Assembly (NCBI GenBank): GCA_046318155.1 | Contig: JBKCUU010000047.1 | Span: forward strand, 10,433 to 74,432 | Source of the DNA: Bdellovibrio sp. | GTDB lineage: Bacteria; Bdellovibrionota; Bdellovibrionia; Bdellovibrionales; Bdellovibrionaceae | DNA: 64,000 nucleotides | Direction: 5' to 3' | Part shown: one piece after another, positions 43,952 through 53,682 of the stretch | Position numbering within the stretch: position 1 is the stretch's first letter | Layout: each line of letters starts with the position of its first letter | The notes under the pieces: model-generated | Database searches by the model: none | Seen by the model: only the letters and a program-made list of their open reading frames with translations | What the model was told of the DNA's origin: nothing | Position numbers and translations under genes: made by a program

Positions 43952-46234
43952 ATGCTTAACCGTGAAATCGAACGCCGTATGGCAGAGGCCGCGGAAAACG
44001 CCAAAAAATCCAAGCACGAGTTTGTCACGGTCGAACATGTCCTCCTGGCGCTGACCGAAGCCGCACCGATGAGCGAAATCTTGCGCAGCATAGGCGCCAA
44101 CGTGCCTGAACTGCGAAAGGCGCTTAAGGGCTACGTCAAAGCGCACTGTCCACAGATCACGACCGAACAGCTGGGTGCTTACGGCGGCTTTGACGTGTGG
44201 CAACCCGAGTTTACCTTAGCTTGCCACCGCTGGATCCAGCGCGCGGCCCTGCAAGTCCGCAGCGCAGGGCGAGACGAAATTTCAGAAGGCCATTTGCTGG
44301 TTGCACTCTTTTATGAGCAAGACTCACACTCTGTTTTTGCTCTGACCCAGCAAGGGATCACGCAGTTTGACGTGATCAATTACGTCTCGCACGGACTCGA
44401 AAAAGATCTCGGTCCAGACGACGACAAAGAATCTTCAGAGCCCAAAGCGCTCCCCCACTCGGGCGGCGAGTTTGAGGCCGAGAAAGAAGAAAAAAAATCT
44501 CCGCTCGAATCTTTTTGCGTCAACTTAAATGAACGCGCCATCGATGGTCGCATCGATCCTTTGATCGGCCGCGATGATGTCGTGGACCGCGTGATGCAGG
44601 TCCTTTGCCGCCGCACGAAAAACAACCCCTTGCTCATTGGTGAGCCCGGTGTCGGCAAAACCGCCATCGCTGAGGGGCTAGCGGCCAAAATTGTTCAAGG
44701 CAAGACGCCCGAGGCTCTAAAAGATAAACTCATCTACTCGCTCGATTTAGGTTCGCTGCTCGCGGGAACTAAATTTCGCGGGGATTTTGAGGGCCGCCTC
44801 AAAGGAGTGATGAAAGAAGTCAGAAAACGCAAAAACGTCATTTTGTTTATCGATGAGATCCACACGATCGTCGGCGCCGGCGCGACCAGCGGAGGCTCAA
44901 TGGATGCGTCGAACTTACTGAAGCCTGCGCTTGCCAGTGGTGACATGAGCTGCATTGGTTCGACCACACACCAAGAGTACCGTCAGCACTTTGAAAAAGA
45001 CCGAGCCTTGGCCCGCCGCTTTCAGCGCATTGATGTCAACGAACCTTCGAGTGCTGATGCGACCGAGATTTTACGCGGCTTGAAGTCACGCTTTGAAGAG
45101 CATCACGATGTGACCTACACCGACGAAGCCATTAAAGCTTCGGTCGAGTTGTCATCGAAGTATCTGCACGGCAAGTTGCTCCCCGATAAAGCCATCGACG
45201 TGATGGATGAAGCCGGTGCGTGGGCCAAGCTCAATGATAAAAAAGGCATGAACATCAGTGATAAAGACATCGAGCGCATCATCGCCAAAATGGCGCAGGT
45301 CCCGGTGGCCAGCATCGGAACCAATGAAAAAGATCAGCTCAAATCGCTGGATCTGCAACTCAAATCCGCGATCTTTGGACAGGATGAGGCGATTGAACGC
45401 CTTGTCGCGGCGATCAAGTTTTCGCGCAGCGGTCTTTCGCGGGACAACAAACCCGTTGGCAGCTTCTTATTTGCTGGCCCCACCGGCGTCGGCAAAACCG
45501 AAGTGTGCAAACAGCTGGCGCAAATCTTAGGCATCCCGCTGGTGCGCTTCGATATGTCGGAGTACATGGAGAAGCACACAGTGGCTCGTTTGATCGGCGC
45601 GCCTCCCGGGTACGTGGGCCACGACGAGGGCGGCCAGCTGACCGAACAGGTCAACCGCACGGGTCACTGCGTTTTACTTTTGGATGAGATGGAAAAAGCC
45701 CATCCCGATGTCTTTAACGTTTTGTTGCAAGTGATGGATGCGGGCCGCTTGACCGATTCAACGGGCCGAACCACTGACTTTCGCAATGTGATTTTGGTGA
45801 TGACTTCAAACGCGGGCGCTGTCGATGTGGCTCGCGGAACGATCGGTCTCACCAACGCACCTACTCGCAATCTCTCGCTCGACGCAATTAAAAAGGCGTT
45901 TGCACCTGAGTTCATCAACCGGTTAGATGCTGTCGTCACCTTCCGTGACTTGAACGAAGGTATTTTGCTGCAAGTCGTGCGCAAGTTTGTTGAAGAACTG
46001 CAAATGCAATTGCAGAAAAAAGGCGTCGTCCTCACGGTGACCGACGCGGCCAAAAAACAGCTGCTCAAAAAAGGGTACGACCCCGTCTACGGCGCCCGTC
46101 CCTTAGGTCGGGCTATCGATGAGCATCTGAAAAAACCACTCGTTGACGAGCTGCTCTTTGGTCGCTTGGTGGATGGCGGCAAGGTCACGATCGATCTCAA
46201 GCAAGACGCCTTCGACTTTCATTTTGAAAAGTGA
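43952..46234 (+). CDS. clpA: ATP-dependent Clp protease ATP-binding subunit ClpA
   Basis: 760 aa. Clp N-domain and two AAA+ modules ([15 protein letters not shown]; [15 protein letters not shown]). [22 protein letters not shown]. Confidence 0.96.
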   Translation: MLNREIERRMAEAAENAKKSKHEFVTVEHVLLALTEAAPMSEILRSIGANVPELRKALKGYVKAHCPQITTEQLGAYGGFDVWQPEFTLACHRWIQRAALQVRSAGRDEISEGHLLVALFYEQDSHSVFALTQQGITQFDVINYVSHGLEKDLGPDDDKESSEPKALPHSGGEFEAEKEEKKSPLESFCVNLNERAIDGRIDPLIGRDDVVDRVMQVLCRRTKNNPLLIGEPGVGKTAIAEGLAAKIVQGKTPEALKDKLIYSLDLGSLLAGTKFRGDFEGRLKGVMKEVRKRKNVILFIDEIHTIVGAGATSGGSMDASNLLKPALASGDMSCIGSTTHQEYRQHFEKDRALARRFQRIDVNEPSSADATEILRGLKSRFEEHHDVTYTDEAIKASVELSSKYLHGKLLPDKAIDVMDEAGAWAKLNDKKGMNISDKDIERIIAKMAQVPVASIGTNEKDQLKSLDLQLKSAIFGQDEAIERLVAAIKFSRSGLSRDNKPVGSFLFAGPTGVGKTEVCKQLAQILGIPLVRFDMSEYMEKHTVARLIGAPPGYVGHDEGGQLTEQVNRTGHCVLLLDEMEKAHPDVFNVLLQVMDAGRLTDSTGRTTDFRNVILVMTSNAGAVDVARGTIGLTNAPTRNLSLDAIKKAFAPEFINRLDAVVTFRDLNEGILLQVVRKFVEELQMQLQKKGVVLTVTDAAKKQLLKKGYDPVYGARPLGRAIDEHLKKPLVDELLFGRLVDGGKVTIDLKQDAFDFHFEK

Positions 46235-46297
46235 ACAAATTCTTCGCCTGCATTGATGCATCCTGTTTTAATAGACGGTGTGCACACAATCTGCTAC

Positions 46298-46326
46298 CTT
46301 GACAGCAAGGTATCACGTCCCAAATT
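46298..46326 (+). promoter_or_regulatory. sigma-32-like promoter candidate for htpX
   Basis: CTTGACA-N14-CCCAAATT ends 30 nt before the htpX ATG. AGGAGGA RBS at 46341-46347. Confidence 0.45.
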
Positions 46327-46355
46327 GAAGCTGTTCTTTTAGGAGGACTCTTTAT

Positions 46356-47243
46356 ATGAAATGGTTCAAACGCATCTCTTTGTTTCTTCTGACAAACATG
46401 CTGGTCTTGGTGACCATCAGCATCGCGCTGGCGGTGATTCAATCGGTCTTTGGCATAAACCTTCATGGCGGTCAAATGTCTGGACTGATGGTTTTGTGTG
46501 CAGTCTGGGGGATGGGCGGCGCCTTTATCTCGCTACTGATTTCAAAGTTCATGGCCAAACGCATGATGGGTGTCCAGATTATAGACCCAGCCACAGTCAA
46601 CCCCCGAGAGCGCGAGATCGTGCAAATGGTTTACAACATGGCAACACGCGCGGGCCTCGAAAAGATGCCCGAGGTCGGTATCTACGAGTCACCCGAGGTG
46701 AATGCTTTTGCGACAGGCCCCAGCAAGAAAAACTCACTGGTCGCCGTGAGCACAGGCTTGCTCAGCAAAATGTCTAAAGATGAAGTCGAAGGTGTCATCG
46801 GTCACGAAGTGGCTCACATCGCCAACGGTGACATGGTCACCATGACACTCATCCAAGGTGTTGTGAATGCCTTTGTGATGTTCTTTGCACGTCTTGCCGC
46901 CAAAGCGATAGCCTCTCAAACAGATGAGCGATCGCAAGGGGCGGTCTACTTTGGCCTGTCGTTGCTCTTTGATATCGTGTTTGGACTTTTGGGTTCTATT
47001 CTGGTCGCTTACTTCTCGCGCTTGCGAGAGTACCGAGCGGATGCGGGCGGAGCGATGTATGCCGGCAAACCTAAAATGATTGCGGGTCTTAAGCGCTTGC
47101 AATCCATGTATGACCAACTGGAGCCCGACAACGGTTCGATGGCCACAATGAAAATCTCGAGCCGTCCTGGTGGATTTATGGCTTTCTTCTCGACGCACCC
47201 GCCTCTTGAAGAACGGATCCGCCGCCTGCAAGAGACTTTCTAA
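46356..47243 (+). CDS. htpX: membrane zinc protease HtpX (M48)
   Basis: GVIGHEVAHIANGD (HExxH), TM segments, and a C-terminal FSTHPPLEERI. Confidence 0.95.
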   Translation: MKWFKRISLFLLTNMLVLVTISIALAVIQSVFGINLHGGQMSGLMVLCAVWGMGGAFISLLISKFMAKRMMGVQIIDPATVNPREREIVQMVYNMATRAGLEKMPEVGIYESPEVNAFATGPSKKNSLVAVSTGLLSKMSKDEVEGVIGHEVAHIANGDMVTMTLIQGVVNAFVMFFARLAAKAIASQTDERSQGAVYFGLSLLFDIVFGLLGSILVAYFSRLREYRADAGGAMYAGKPKMIAGLKRLQSMYDQLEPDNGSMATMKISSRPGGFMAFFSTHPPLEERIRRLQETF

Positions 47244-48156
47244 AGCGAGCGGCGCGATCAAAACCCCCGCTCGGCTTTCAAAGCGAACCAAATTCTTTAC
47301 AGATCGAAACCAAGGGCTGCTTCTCGCAGCCCTTGTTGCTTTGCTTTGGGGCGTTCTTGGTTTTGGTCTGCGCGAGGCCTTTCGATTTAGTGATCCTGCC
47401 ACAGTCTCTTGGTTTCGATTTACTTTTTCGTTTTTGTCTTTGAGTCTGATCATCTTTATCAGGCAACCAGAATCTCTCCCTCACACTCGCCGCATCCCGT
47501 GGTGGATGATCCTTGCGGCCTTGGGCCTTGCGCTCAACTATTTGGGCTACGCCAAAGGCGTACAGTTCACAACACCCGGAAACGCCCAAATGCTGAGCCA
47601 GCTGGGCCCGTTGCTGGCAGTCGTTGGCGGGATCTTTATTTTGCACGAGCGCTTGAGCCCGAGGCAGTGGGCTGGCGTTCTTGTGGCTTTGACGGGTTTT
47701 GCTCTTTTTTATTTGGACCAGTTGCAGTTTTTTGTCGCTTCACGCGAAGAGTATAAGCGCGGCAATCTCTGGATCCTTGTCGGAAGTGTGTCGTGGGCGA
47801 CGTGGGCCTTGATGCAAAAGCGCGCCACAAGGCTGGGGCATACACCTCGCCTGCTCAACTTTTTTGTCTACGGCTGGAGCGCGGTGTTTTTGTTTTCTTT
47901 TGCCCAGCTCACAACACTTCAAGGTCTGGGACTCTGGCCCTGGGTCTTGCTTTTACTTTTGGCGATAAACACTCTCGTTGCTTACGGGGCACTCGCGCTC
48001 GCGCTTGAAAAAGCGCCATCCTCCTTGGTTAATTTGATCATCGCGTGCAATCCCCTGGTCTCGCTGGCCATCGACCATGATCAAGTGGCTTGGACAGGCT
48101 GGGTCGGTGCCGGATTTGTGCTGACAGGGGTTGTGTTCACTCTCAAGCGCACGTAG
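47170..48156 (+). CDS. EamA/DMT-family transporter
   Basis: Ten-TM pattern with LLAALVALLWGV and a second EamA repeat. The start is uncertain. No ATG/GTG/TTG lies between the htpX stop and TM1, so the GTG at 47170 (74-nt overlap with htpX) is kept. Confidence 0.75.
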   Translation: MDLWLSSRRTRLLKNGSAACKRLSKASGAIKTPARLSKRTKFFTDRNQGLLLAALVALLWGVLGFGLREAFRFSDPATVSWFRFTFSFLSLSLIIFIRQPESLPHTRRIPWWMILAALGLALNYLGYAKGVQFTTPGNAQMLSQLGPLLAVVGGIFILHERLSPRQWAGVLVALTGFALFYLDQLQFFVASREEYKRGNLWILVGSVSWATWALMQKRATRLGHTPRLLNFFVYGWSAVFLFSFAQLTTLQGLGLWPWVLLLLLAINTLVAYGALALALEKAPSSLVNLIIACNPLVSLAIDHDQVAWTGWVGAGFVLTGVVFTLKRT

Positions 48157-48165
48157 TCTATCAGA

Positions 48166-50184
48166 GTGAAAAATATCATTTTTGGATTCTTACTGCTGTG
48201 TCCCTCCTTGGTTTTTGCACGAACCCTCAGCTCGTCCATGCAGGCTTTTATCGAGGCCAAAAATCTTGAGAAAATTCAGCCGGATAAATCTTGCGTCCTT
48301 TATCAAGAGCTCGCAAAAAACGAAAAGTTTGTTTTACAAGACTTGGCGATGCTCAAACAAACCTTGTCCTGCACGAGTCCTCTCACCGAGCCTGTTTTGG
48401 ATTTTTCAGATAAACCTTGGCTGAGCAATCTGATCTTAGCGACCGAAGAGAAAAGAGCTCGCCTGACTTCGGATGCCCTTGGCTTTGTCGAAGTTCGGGG
48501 CCGTCTAGCACGCCTGCAAAAGGGCCAAAAACTGGGGCTCGCGGTTTTGAGCGACACCGAAAAAGACATTCAAAAATTTTCGACGCCTGAAAAAGATCTT
48601 AAAAAAGCGCGTGAACGCTTACTGGTCATCAAGCAAGAGATGGCCCCGCGTTTCAAAATAGCGCCCGCGCCCGAGGATTTTACACGAGTCGCACAAGATT
48701 ACCTGGGGGCGCGTGAGTTTGCCAAAGCTCGCCTTTGGGCGCAAAAAGTGATCGACCGCAAAAAATCAACTCTGGACGAACTCTTGGTGGCACGCAAAAT
48801 TCGTCGATCCAGCCACAAGCTTGAGCAAAAAACCCCTGCTTTTTTAAAAGCTCTTCAAGGCGATTGGCAATGGGCTGAAAAGCAATCTCGCCCCCGTCTG
48901 GCCATCGAGCTGGGCTTGCTCTACGTCAGGGCACTTTGGACTGCAGACAATCTCGGAACCGCAAAGAGTATTCTGACCCAGCTTGAAAAAAAGCATCAAG
49001 CTTCGGGTCGCCTGAATGAAATTTATTTTGTTCGCGGTAAAATGTTCGAAGAAGGCAAGCAGTGGGCCCAAGCCGTCGCCGAATATCAAAAGGCAACGCT
49101 GGATTTAAAGATCACCTTGGATAAAAAAATTCAATTCGCCAAAGCGTGGAGCGCATGGAAGGCCAAGGACGATGCCAAAGTGATCGAATCGCTCGAGCCT
49201 TTGATCGCCCTCGGCCAAGACGATCCGTTCGAAAGCGCCCGCGGCCTTTACTGGAAGTCGCGTGCGCTCAAGCGACAAAATCAAGATCAAGCCGCGAACG
49301 CGGCTCTTCAGCAATTGCAGCTTCTAGACCCGGTTGGATTTTATGGGACGATTTCTTACCATGCCCTCAATCAGAACTTTCCTCCCCTTACCGTTCCAAA
49401 AACACCGAGCGAGTTCCAAAAATCACCACTCTTTAATGCCGATTACCTCCAGGCTCTTTACGACGTCGGCGAGCTCGAAATTTTACAAGCGGTCGTTGCC
49501 GACGCTGTCAAAAAAGTAAAGCCCGAAGCGCCGCCAGAACAGTGGCTCCCCGTGTTTTTAGCGGCGGCCAAGGCCAATTCGTATCTGCCGTTGTTTTCGC
49601 AAATCTCGCTCCTGACGCCCGAGAATCGCAATCAGCTGCTGACCCGAGATCCTGAACTTTTATTTCCGCTGGATCACAAAGACGTGATCCATGCTGCTTC
49701 ACAAAAATTTAAAGTGTCGCCCGAATTGATTTTTTCGATCATTCGGCAAGAGTCGGCTTTTGACACTTTTGCCCGAAGTCCCGCCGATGCTTTGGGGCTG
49801 ATGCAGCTGTTACCCTCGATCGCCAGTCATTATGAAAAGCAGGTCGGATTTTCGCTCGACCATTTTGAAGATCTGTATAAGCCCGAAATGAACGTTCCCT
49901 TTGGCGCCGCCTTGCTCAGGGATTTACTGAATCGATACGACGGAAAAATCTATCTGGCCGCAGCGGCCTACAACGCGAGCGAAAAGGCCCTGCGCACGTG
50001 GCTCAAGATGAGATGGACCGGCGACGTCGTTGAATTCATCGAAGAGATCCCTTACGAAGAAACTCGAACATACGTGAAGCTCATCACGCGCAACTATGCC
50101 TTTTACACGCGCCTTCTCAAGAGCGGGAAAGCCACGCCGTTTCCGGCGGCCTGTCTGGAAGTTTGGCAGTCACCGTCACCGTGA
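48166..50184 (+). CDS. slt: soluble lytic murein transglycosylase (Slt70-like)
   Basis: Signal peptide, a long helical-repeat N-terminal region, and a C-terminal GH23 SLT domain (IIRQESAFDTFARSPADALGLMQLLP...AAAYNASEKAL). Confidence 0.88.
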   Translation: MKNIIFGFLLLCPSLVFARTLSSSMQAFIEAKNLEKIQPDKSCVLYQELAKNEKFVLQDLAMLKQTLSCTSPLTEPVLDFSDKPWLSNLILATEEKRARLTSDALGFVEVRGRLARLQKGQKLGLAVLSDTEKDIQKFSTPEKDLKKARERLLVIKQEMAPRFKIAPAPEDFTRVAQDYLGAREFAKARLWAQKVIDRKKSTLDELLVARKIRRSSHKLEQKTPAFLKALQGDWQWAEKQSRPRLAIELGLLYVRALWTADNLGTAKSILTQLEKKHQASGRLNEIYFVRGKMFEEGKQWAQAVAEYQKATLDLKITLDKKIQFAKAWSAWKAKDDAKVIESLEPLIALGQDDPFESARGLYWKSRALKRQNQDQAANAALQQLQLLDPVGFYGTISYHALNQNFPPLTVPKTPSEFQKSPLFNADYLQALYDVGELEILQAVVADAVKKVKPEAPPEQWLPVFLAAAKANSYLPLFSQISLLTPENRNQLLTRDPELLFPLDHKDVIHAASQKFKVSPELIFSIIRQESAFDTFARSPADALGLMQLLPSIASHYEKQVGFSLDHFEDLYKPEMNVPFGAALLRDLLNRYDGKIYLAAAAYNASEKALRTWLKMRWTGDVVEFIEEIPYEETRTYVKLITRNYAFYTRLLKSGKATPFPAACLEVWQSPSP

Positions 50185-50305
50185 ACACTTGGGCCCCCTT
50201 GTCTCATCTTGATCCCTAAATCATTTCAATGGTTTAGGATCAAAATTGCCATCAAAAGAGTGGCCCTTCTCTTGCTCTTCTTCCACGTATCAAGGGGAGG
50301 CAGAG

Positions 50306-51649
50306 ATGTTTATGACTTCAAAGAAGCGCATCGTTCTCATTATGGGATTCACAGTTTCGGTTGTTGGTGCGGGCGCGTATTGGGCCTCTCACTTAGACCG
50401 CGCGGGTGAGGTTGAGCTCGCTTCTAAAATGGCGAAGAAGAAGTCACAGCGCCCTCTGGATCTCAGCAAGGCCTCGAACACGACTTCGCAAACAAAAGAA
50501 GAGGCGAAGGTTCTTTTGAATGACCCTGCCATTTCACAAGCCTGGGGAATAAAAAAATCCGATGCTCAGCGCGCCTGGGAAGTATCGCAGGGTTCGCGCG
50601 AAATTATTGTGGCCGTGATCGACACGGGTGCAGACATTGATCACGAAGACTTAAAAGCCAACATCTGGTTCAACGCGGGTGAAACCGGCAAAGACTCGAA
50701 AGGCCGCGACAAGGCGACCAACGGGATCGACGACGATGGCAACGGTTTTGTTGACGACATCAATGGCTGGAACTTTGTTTCTGGCAACGCAAGCCTTGTC
50801 GACAATCATGGTCATGGCAGCCACATTGGCGGCATCATTGGTGCTGAAGCGGGCAACAACAAAGGCATCGCCGGCATCTCTCCTAAAGTTAGCCTCATGA
50901 TCTTGAAGTACTTTGATCCCAAGGTTCCAAGCACGGACAACTTGAAAAACACCGTCAACGCGATCAAGTATGCCGTCAAGAACGGAGCTAAGATCATCAA
51001 TTACTCGGGCGGCGGGACCGAATTCTCTCAAGAGGAAAAAGACGCGATCGAAGAAGCACGCAAAGCCGGTATCTTGTTTGTCGCGGCGGCGGGCAACGAG
51101 CGTTCAAACTCGGATCACCACAAGTACTACCCTGCTGATTATGGTCTTAGCAACATTATCTCGGTGACGGCAATTGATCCATCGACTGAAGTTTTGGCTT
51201 CGTCAAACTACGGTGTTGAAACCGTTGATATCGCAGCCCCTGGACAGAATATCTTAAGTACGCTTCCGAACAGCGCCTACGGTTACATGACCGGAACTTC
51301 GCAAGCAACTGCGTTTGTGACCGGCGCTGCAGTTTTGGTAATGGCTCATCACAAGGGCTTCTCGGCCGAAGAAACCAAGAAGTACATTTTAGCGACGGGC
51401 GACAGTCAGCAAAGTTTGCTTGCTAAAACACGCACCTCTCGTCAGCTGAATCTTTACAAGGCCCTAACCATGATCGATTCACAAATCACCGCGAACGGAT
51501 CTCGCGATATGGGCGGAGCTGGCCCCGTAACGTCAAGTGGTGGAATCAACATAGATGATTCTCAAGCACTGGATGCTGACAACCGACGCATCACGAGCTT
51601 TGGCCGTACGATCATGGATTCTTTAAAAGCCGATGAACAGCGAAACTAA
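50306..51649 (+). CDS. secreted subtilisin-like serine protease (S8)
   Basis: Catalytic triad contexts VAVIDTGADIDHEDL, HGSHIGGIIGA and GTSQATAFVTGAA. The ATG at 50306 is preceded by GGGGAGG. N-terminal TM/signal segment. Confidence 0.9.
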   Translation: MFMTSKKRIVLIMGFTVSVVGAGAYWASHLDRAGEVELASKMAKKKSQRPLDLSKASNTTSQTKEEAKVLLNDPAISQAWGIKKSDAQRAWEVSQGSREIIVAVIDTGADIDHEDLKANIWFNAGETGKDSKGRDKATNGIDDDGNGFVDDINGWNFVSGNASLVDNHGHGSHIGGIIGAEAGNNKGIAGISPKVSLMILKYFDPKVPSTDNLKNTVNAIKYAVKNGAKIINYSGGGTEFSQEEKDAIEEARKAGILFVAAAGNERSNSDHHKYYPADYGLSNIISVTAIDPSTEVLASSNYGVETVDIAAPGQNILSTLPNSAYGYMTGTSQATAFVTGAAVLVMAHHKGFSAEETKKYILATGDSQQSLLAKTRTSRQLNLYKALTMIDSQITANGSRDMGGAGPVTSSGGINIDDSQALDADNRRITSFGRTIMDSLKADEQRN

Positions 51650-51707
51650 CGCTCCTGATTTCTTCTCGCTTGTTTGACTTCTGATGAACCCGCTGATGAC
51701 ATGAGGA

Positions 51708-52733
51708 GTGGCCAAAATATTCCTCATTCAGGGCAGCATCCTCTTGTCGATTCTTTGTTTTCCTGCTTTTGCTGAGCCTTTGACGGGCGAAGCTTTTTCG
51801 TTCTATCTCGAAAATGACACGCGCAAAATTGGCGGACCCGGAACAGATGAGTCGTACTCGAACGGCTTTCGCTTTGCTTACGTATTTGCGCAAGACCGAG
51901 TTCCCAACTGGGCGCCGATCATTAAGCGCGCGAACAAATCGCTTCGCGAAAAGCTTGAGAAAGCGCCCTCCAACTTTGGCTTTTCATTTGGCCAGCAAGT
52001 GTTTACTCCGGACGACACCCGGGCCCCGGGACTGATCAAAAAGGACCGCCCTTACGCGGGCTATTTATCAGTGGGGTTTAATGCGACCGTGCAGATCGAT
52101 GATGTGTGCGAATTGTTCTCGCTTGAGCTGGGGACAATCGGCCCCGACGCGCGCGGCGAAGAGGTACAAAATGGCTTTCACCGAATGATCGGCATCGCAG
52201 ACGCCGAGGGCTGGGACAACCAACTTGAGAATGAGCCCACGATCCAGCTGGCTTACCAACGTCGATTTCGAACCGCTCAACTTTTTGTAAGGTCATCAAA
52301 AAATTTCGACGTGATTCCATTTGTCGGTGTGGCCCTCGGAAACGTGGTGGTCTCGGCCCATACCGGGCTCATCGCAAGAGTGGGCGTCAACATCCCCGAT
52401 GATTTTGGCCCTTCAAGACCATCCGCCACCGACGGCGACATTTTTACCGTTCCAAAAGAAGAGTCCAAACTCAAAGGCTGGGGCTTTTATGCGTTTGGTG
52501 GCTTGCGCGGAAACGCCGTTGCTCGCAACATCTTCTTAGATGGCAACACCTTCGTCGAAAGCCATCGTGTCGAGCGCAACCCCTGGGTCGCCGAAAACGA
52601 ACTCGGCTGGGGCGCTCATTTGGGCCGCATGTCCCTCATCTGGCGCTACGTCACCCGAACCCCTGAGTTCACCGAAAACACCCGCACCGACTCCTTCGCC
52701 TCGGTCAGCCTCCACTACTACCACGGCCTCTAA
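51708..52733 (+). CDS. lipid A deacylase LpxR-family outer membrane protein
   Basis: Signal peptide. FYLENDT...GTDESYSNGFRF, DRPYAGYL, LELGTIGPDARGEEVQNGFHRMIG and GWDNQLENEP match LpxR (DUF2219) family hallmarks. GTG start. Confidence 0.82.
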   Translation: MAKIFLIQGSILLSILCFPAFAEPLTGEAFSFYLENDTRKIGGPGTDESYSNGFRFAYVFAQDRVPNWAPIIKRANKSLREKLEKAPSNFGFSFGQQVFTPDDTRAPGLIKKDRPYAGYLSVGFNATVQIDDVCELFSLELGTIGPDARGEEVQNGFHRMIGIADAEGWDNQLENEPTIQLAYQRRFRTAQLFVRSSKNFDVIPFVGVALGNVVVSAHTGLIARVGVNIPDDFGPSRPSATDGDIFTVPKEESKLKGWGFYAFGGLRGNAVARNIFLDGNTFVESHRVERNPWVAENELGWGAHLGRMSLIWRYVTRTPEFTENTRTDSFASVSLHYYHGL

Positions 52734-52790
52734 ATAAATAGGACGCCGAGAGGCATGCGGAGTCTGCACAAGCAGATTTACCAATAGACG

Positions 52791-53579
52791 TTATTTCCAG
52801 AAGTCTTGCCAGTGGATGCGGCCCTTCAGAAAAAGCGCCATCCCCAGCGACATAAAAACAATCGATGTGCCGATCCCAATCAGATTGCGGAGGCTCCCGT
52901 GAGAAGCTCCGATCATGACTAAAACCGCGGCCAAAAACAAAGGCGAGAGGCGAATCACTCGGCCCCAATTCACCTTGTCGGTCCACTTTTGCACCTTGGC
53001 CATGTGCTGGCCCATGAGTTCTGCGGGTTTCGCAAAAGACTTAAACAACGTGTGACGAAACATTTTTTGCGCAATTTCATCATGCGGCTGCGCTTCTTTG
53101 AGATCTTGATACTTTTTGAGTGCAAAAGGCACGGCCTGCAAATCGTCGCAGCGGTCGACAAAAGCCAAGTGCTTCGTAAAGTTCGAATAATCACTCATCA
53201 GCTCTTGCCAAGCGCGCATCAAACTGGGAAGCGCGCCCATTTTTGCGTCCAACGGAAGATTTTCGATCTTGGCAAAGATCACCCCGCACTTGTGGCACTC
53301 CTCACTTAAGCGAGGACTAAAGCCCTCACACTTGGGACACTTGCGAAGACCTTCAGCCTTTTCGGCACCACCCGCATGCGGACTCTCGACACGCTGAACA
53401 CCCGCCTTGAGCGATGAGGTCAGGCGGCCCAAACTGCGAGTCACAAACTTGCGCGGGTGCTTGGCATCCGCTTCGATCGTAAACATTGTTTGACAAGACG
53501 AACAGTCAAAGTGGGGAGTTTGAGACTTTAAATCTCGCGTGTCGATTTTATAAAGTTTGTTGCAGCCGGGGCATCGCAT
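52791..53579 (-). CDS. double zinc-ribbon membrane protein (MJ0042-type zinc finger)
   Basis: MRCPGCNKLYKI...FDCSSCQTMFTI, then CPKCEGF...CHKCGVIF, and C-terminal TM segments. The start is set at the ATG at 53579. The ORF-track start at 53744 would overlap the divergent lnt start. Confidence 0.6.
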   Translation of the reverse strand: MRCPGCNKLYKIDTRDLKSQTPHFDCSSCQTMFTIEADAKHPRKFVTRSLGRLTSSLKAGVQRVESPHAGGAEKAEGLRKCPKCEGFSPRLSEECHKCGVIFAKIENLPLDAKMGALPSLMRAWQELMSDYSNFTKHLAFVDRCDDLQAVPFALKKYQDLKEAQPHDEIAQKMFRHTLFKSFAKPAELMGQHMAKVQKWTDKVNWGRVIRLSPLFLAAVLVMIGASHGSLRNLIGIGTSIVFMSLGMALFLKGRIHWQDFWK

Positions 53580-53682
53580 TTGAACAGACAAGGGCCTCAG
53601 ATAAGTTCTCTGAAATAGAGGGTCTTGCGATTGAGAAGGTAGCTTCCACTTTTTCACAGGGCGATGTACTCTTAAGGCCATC

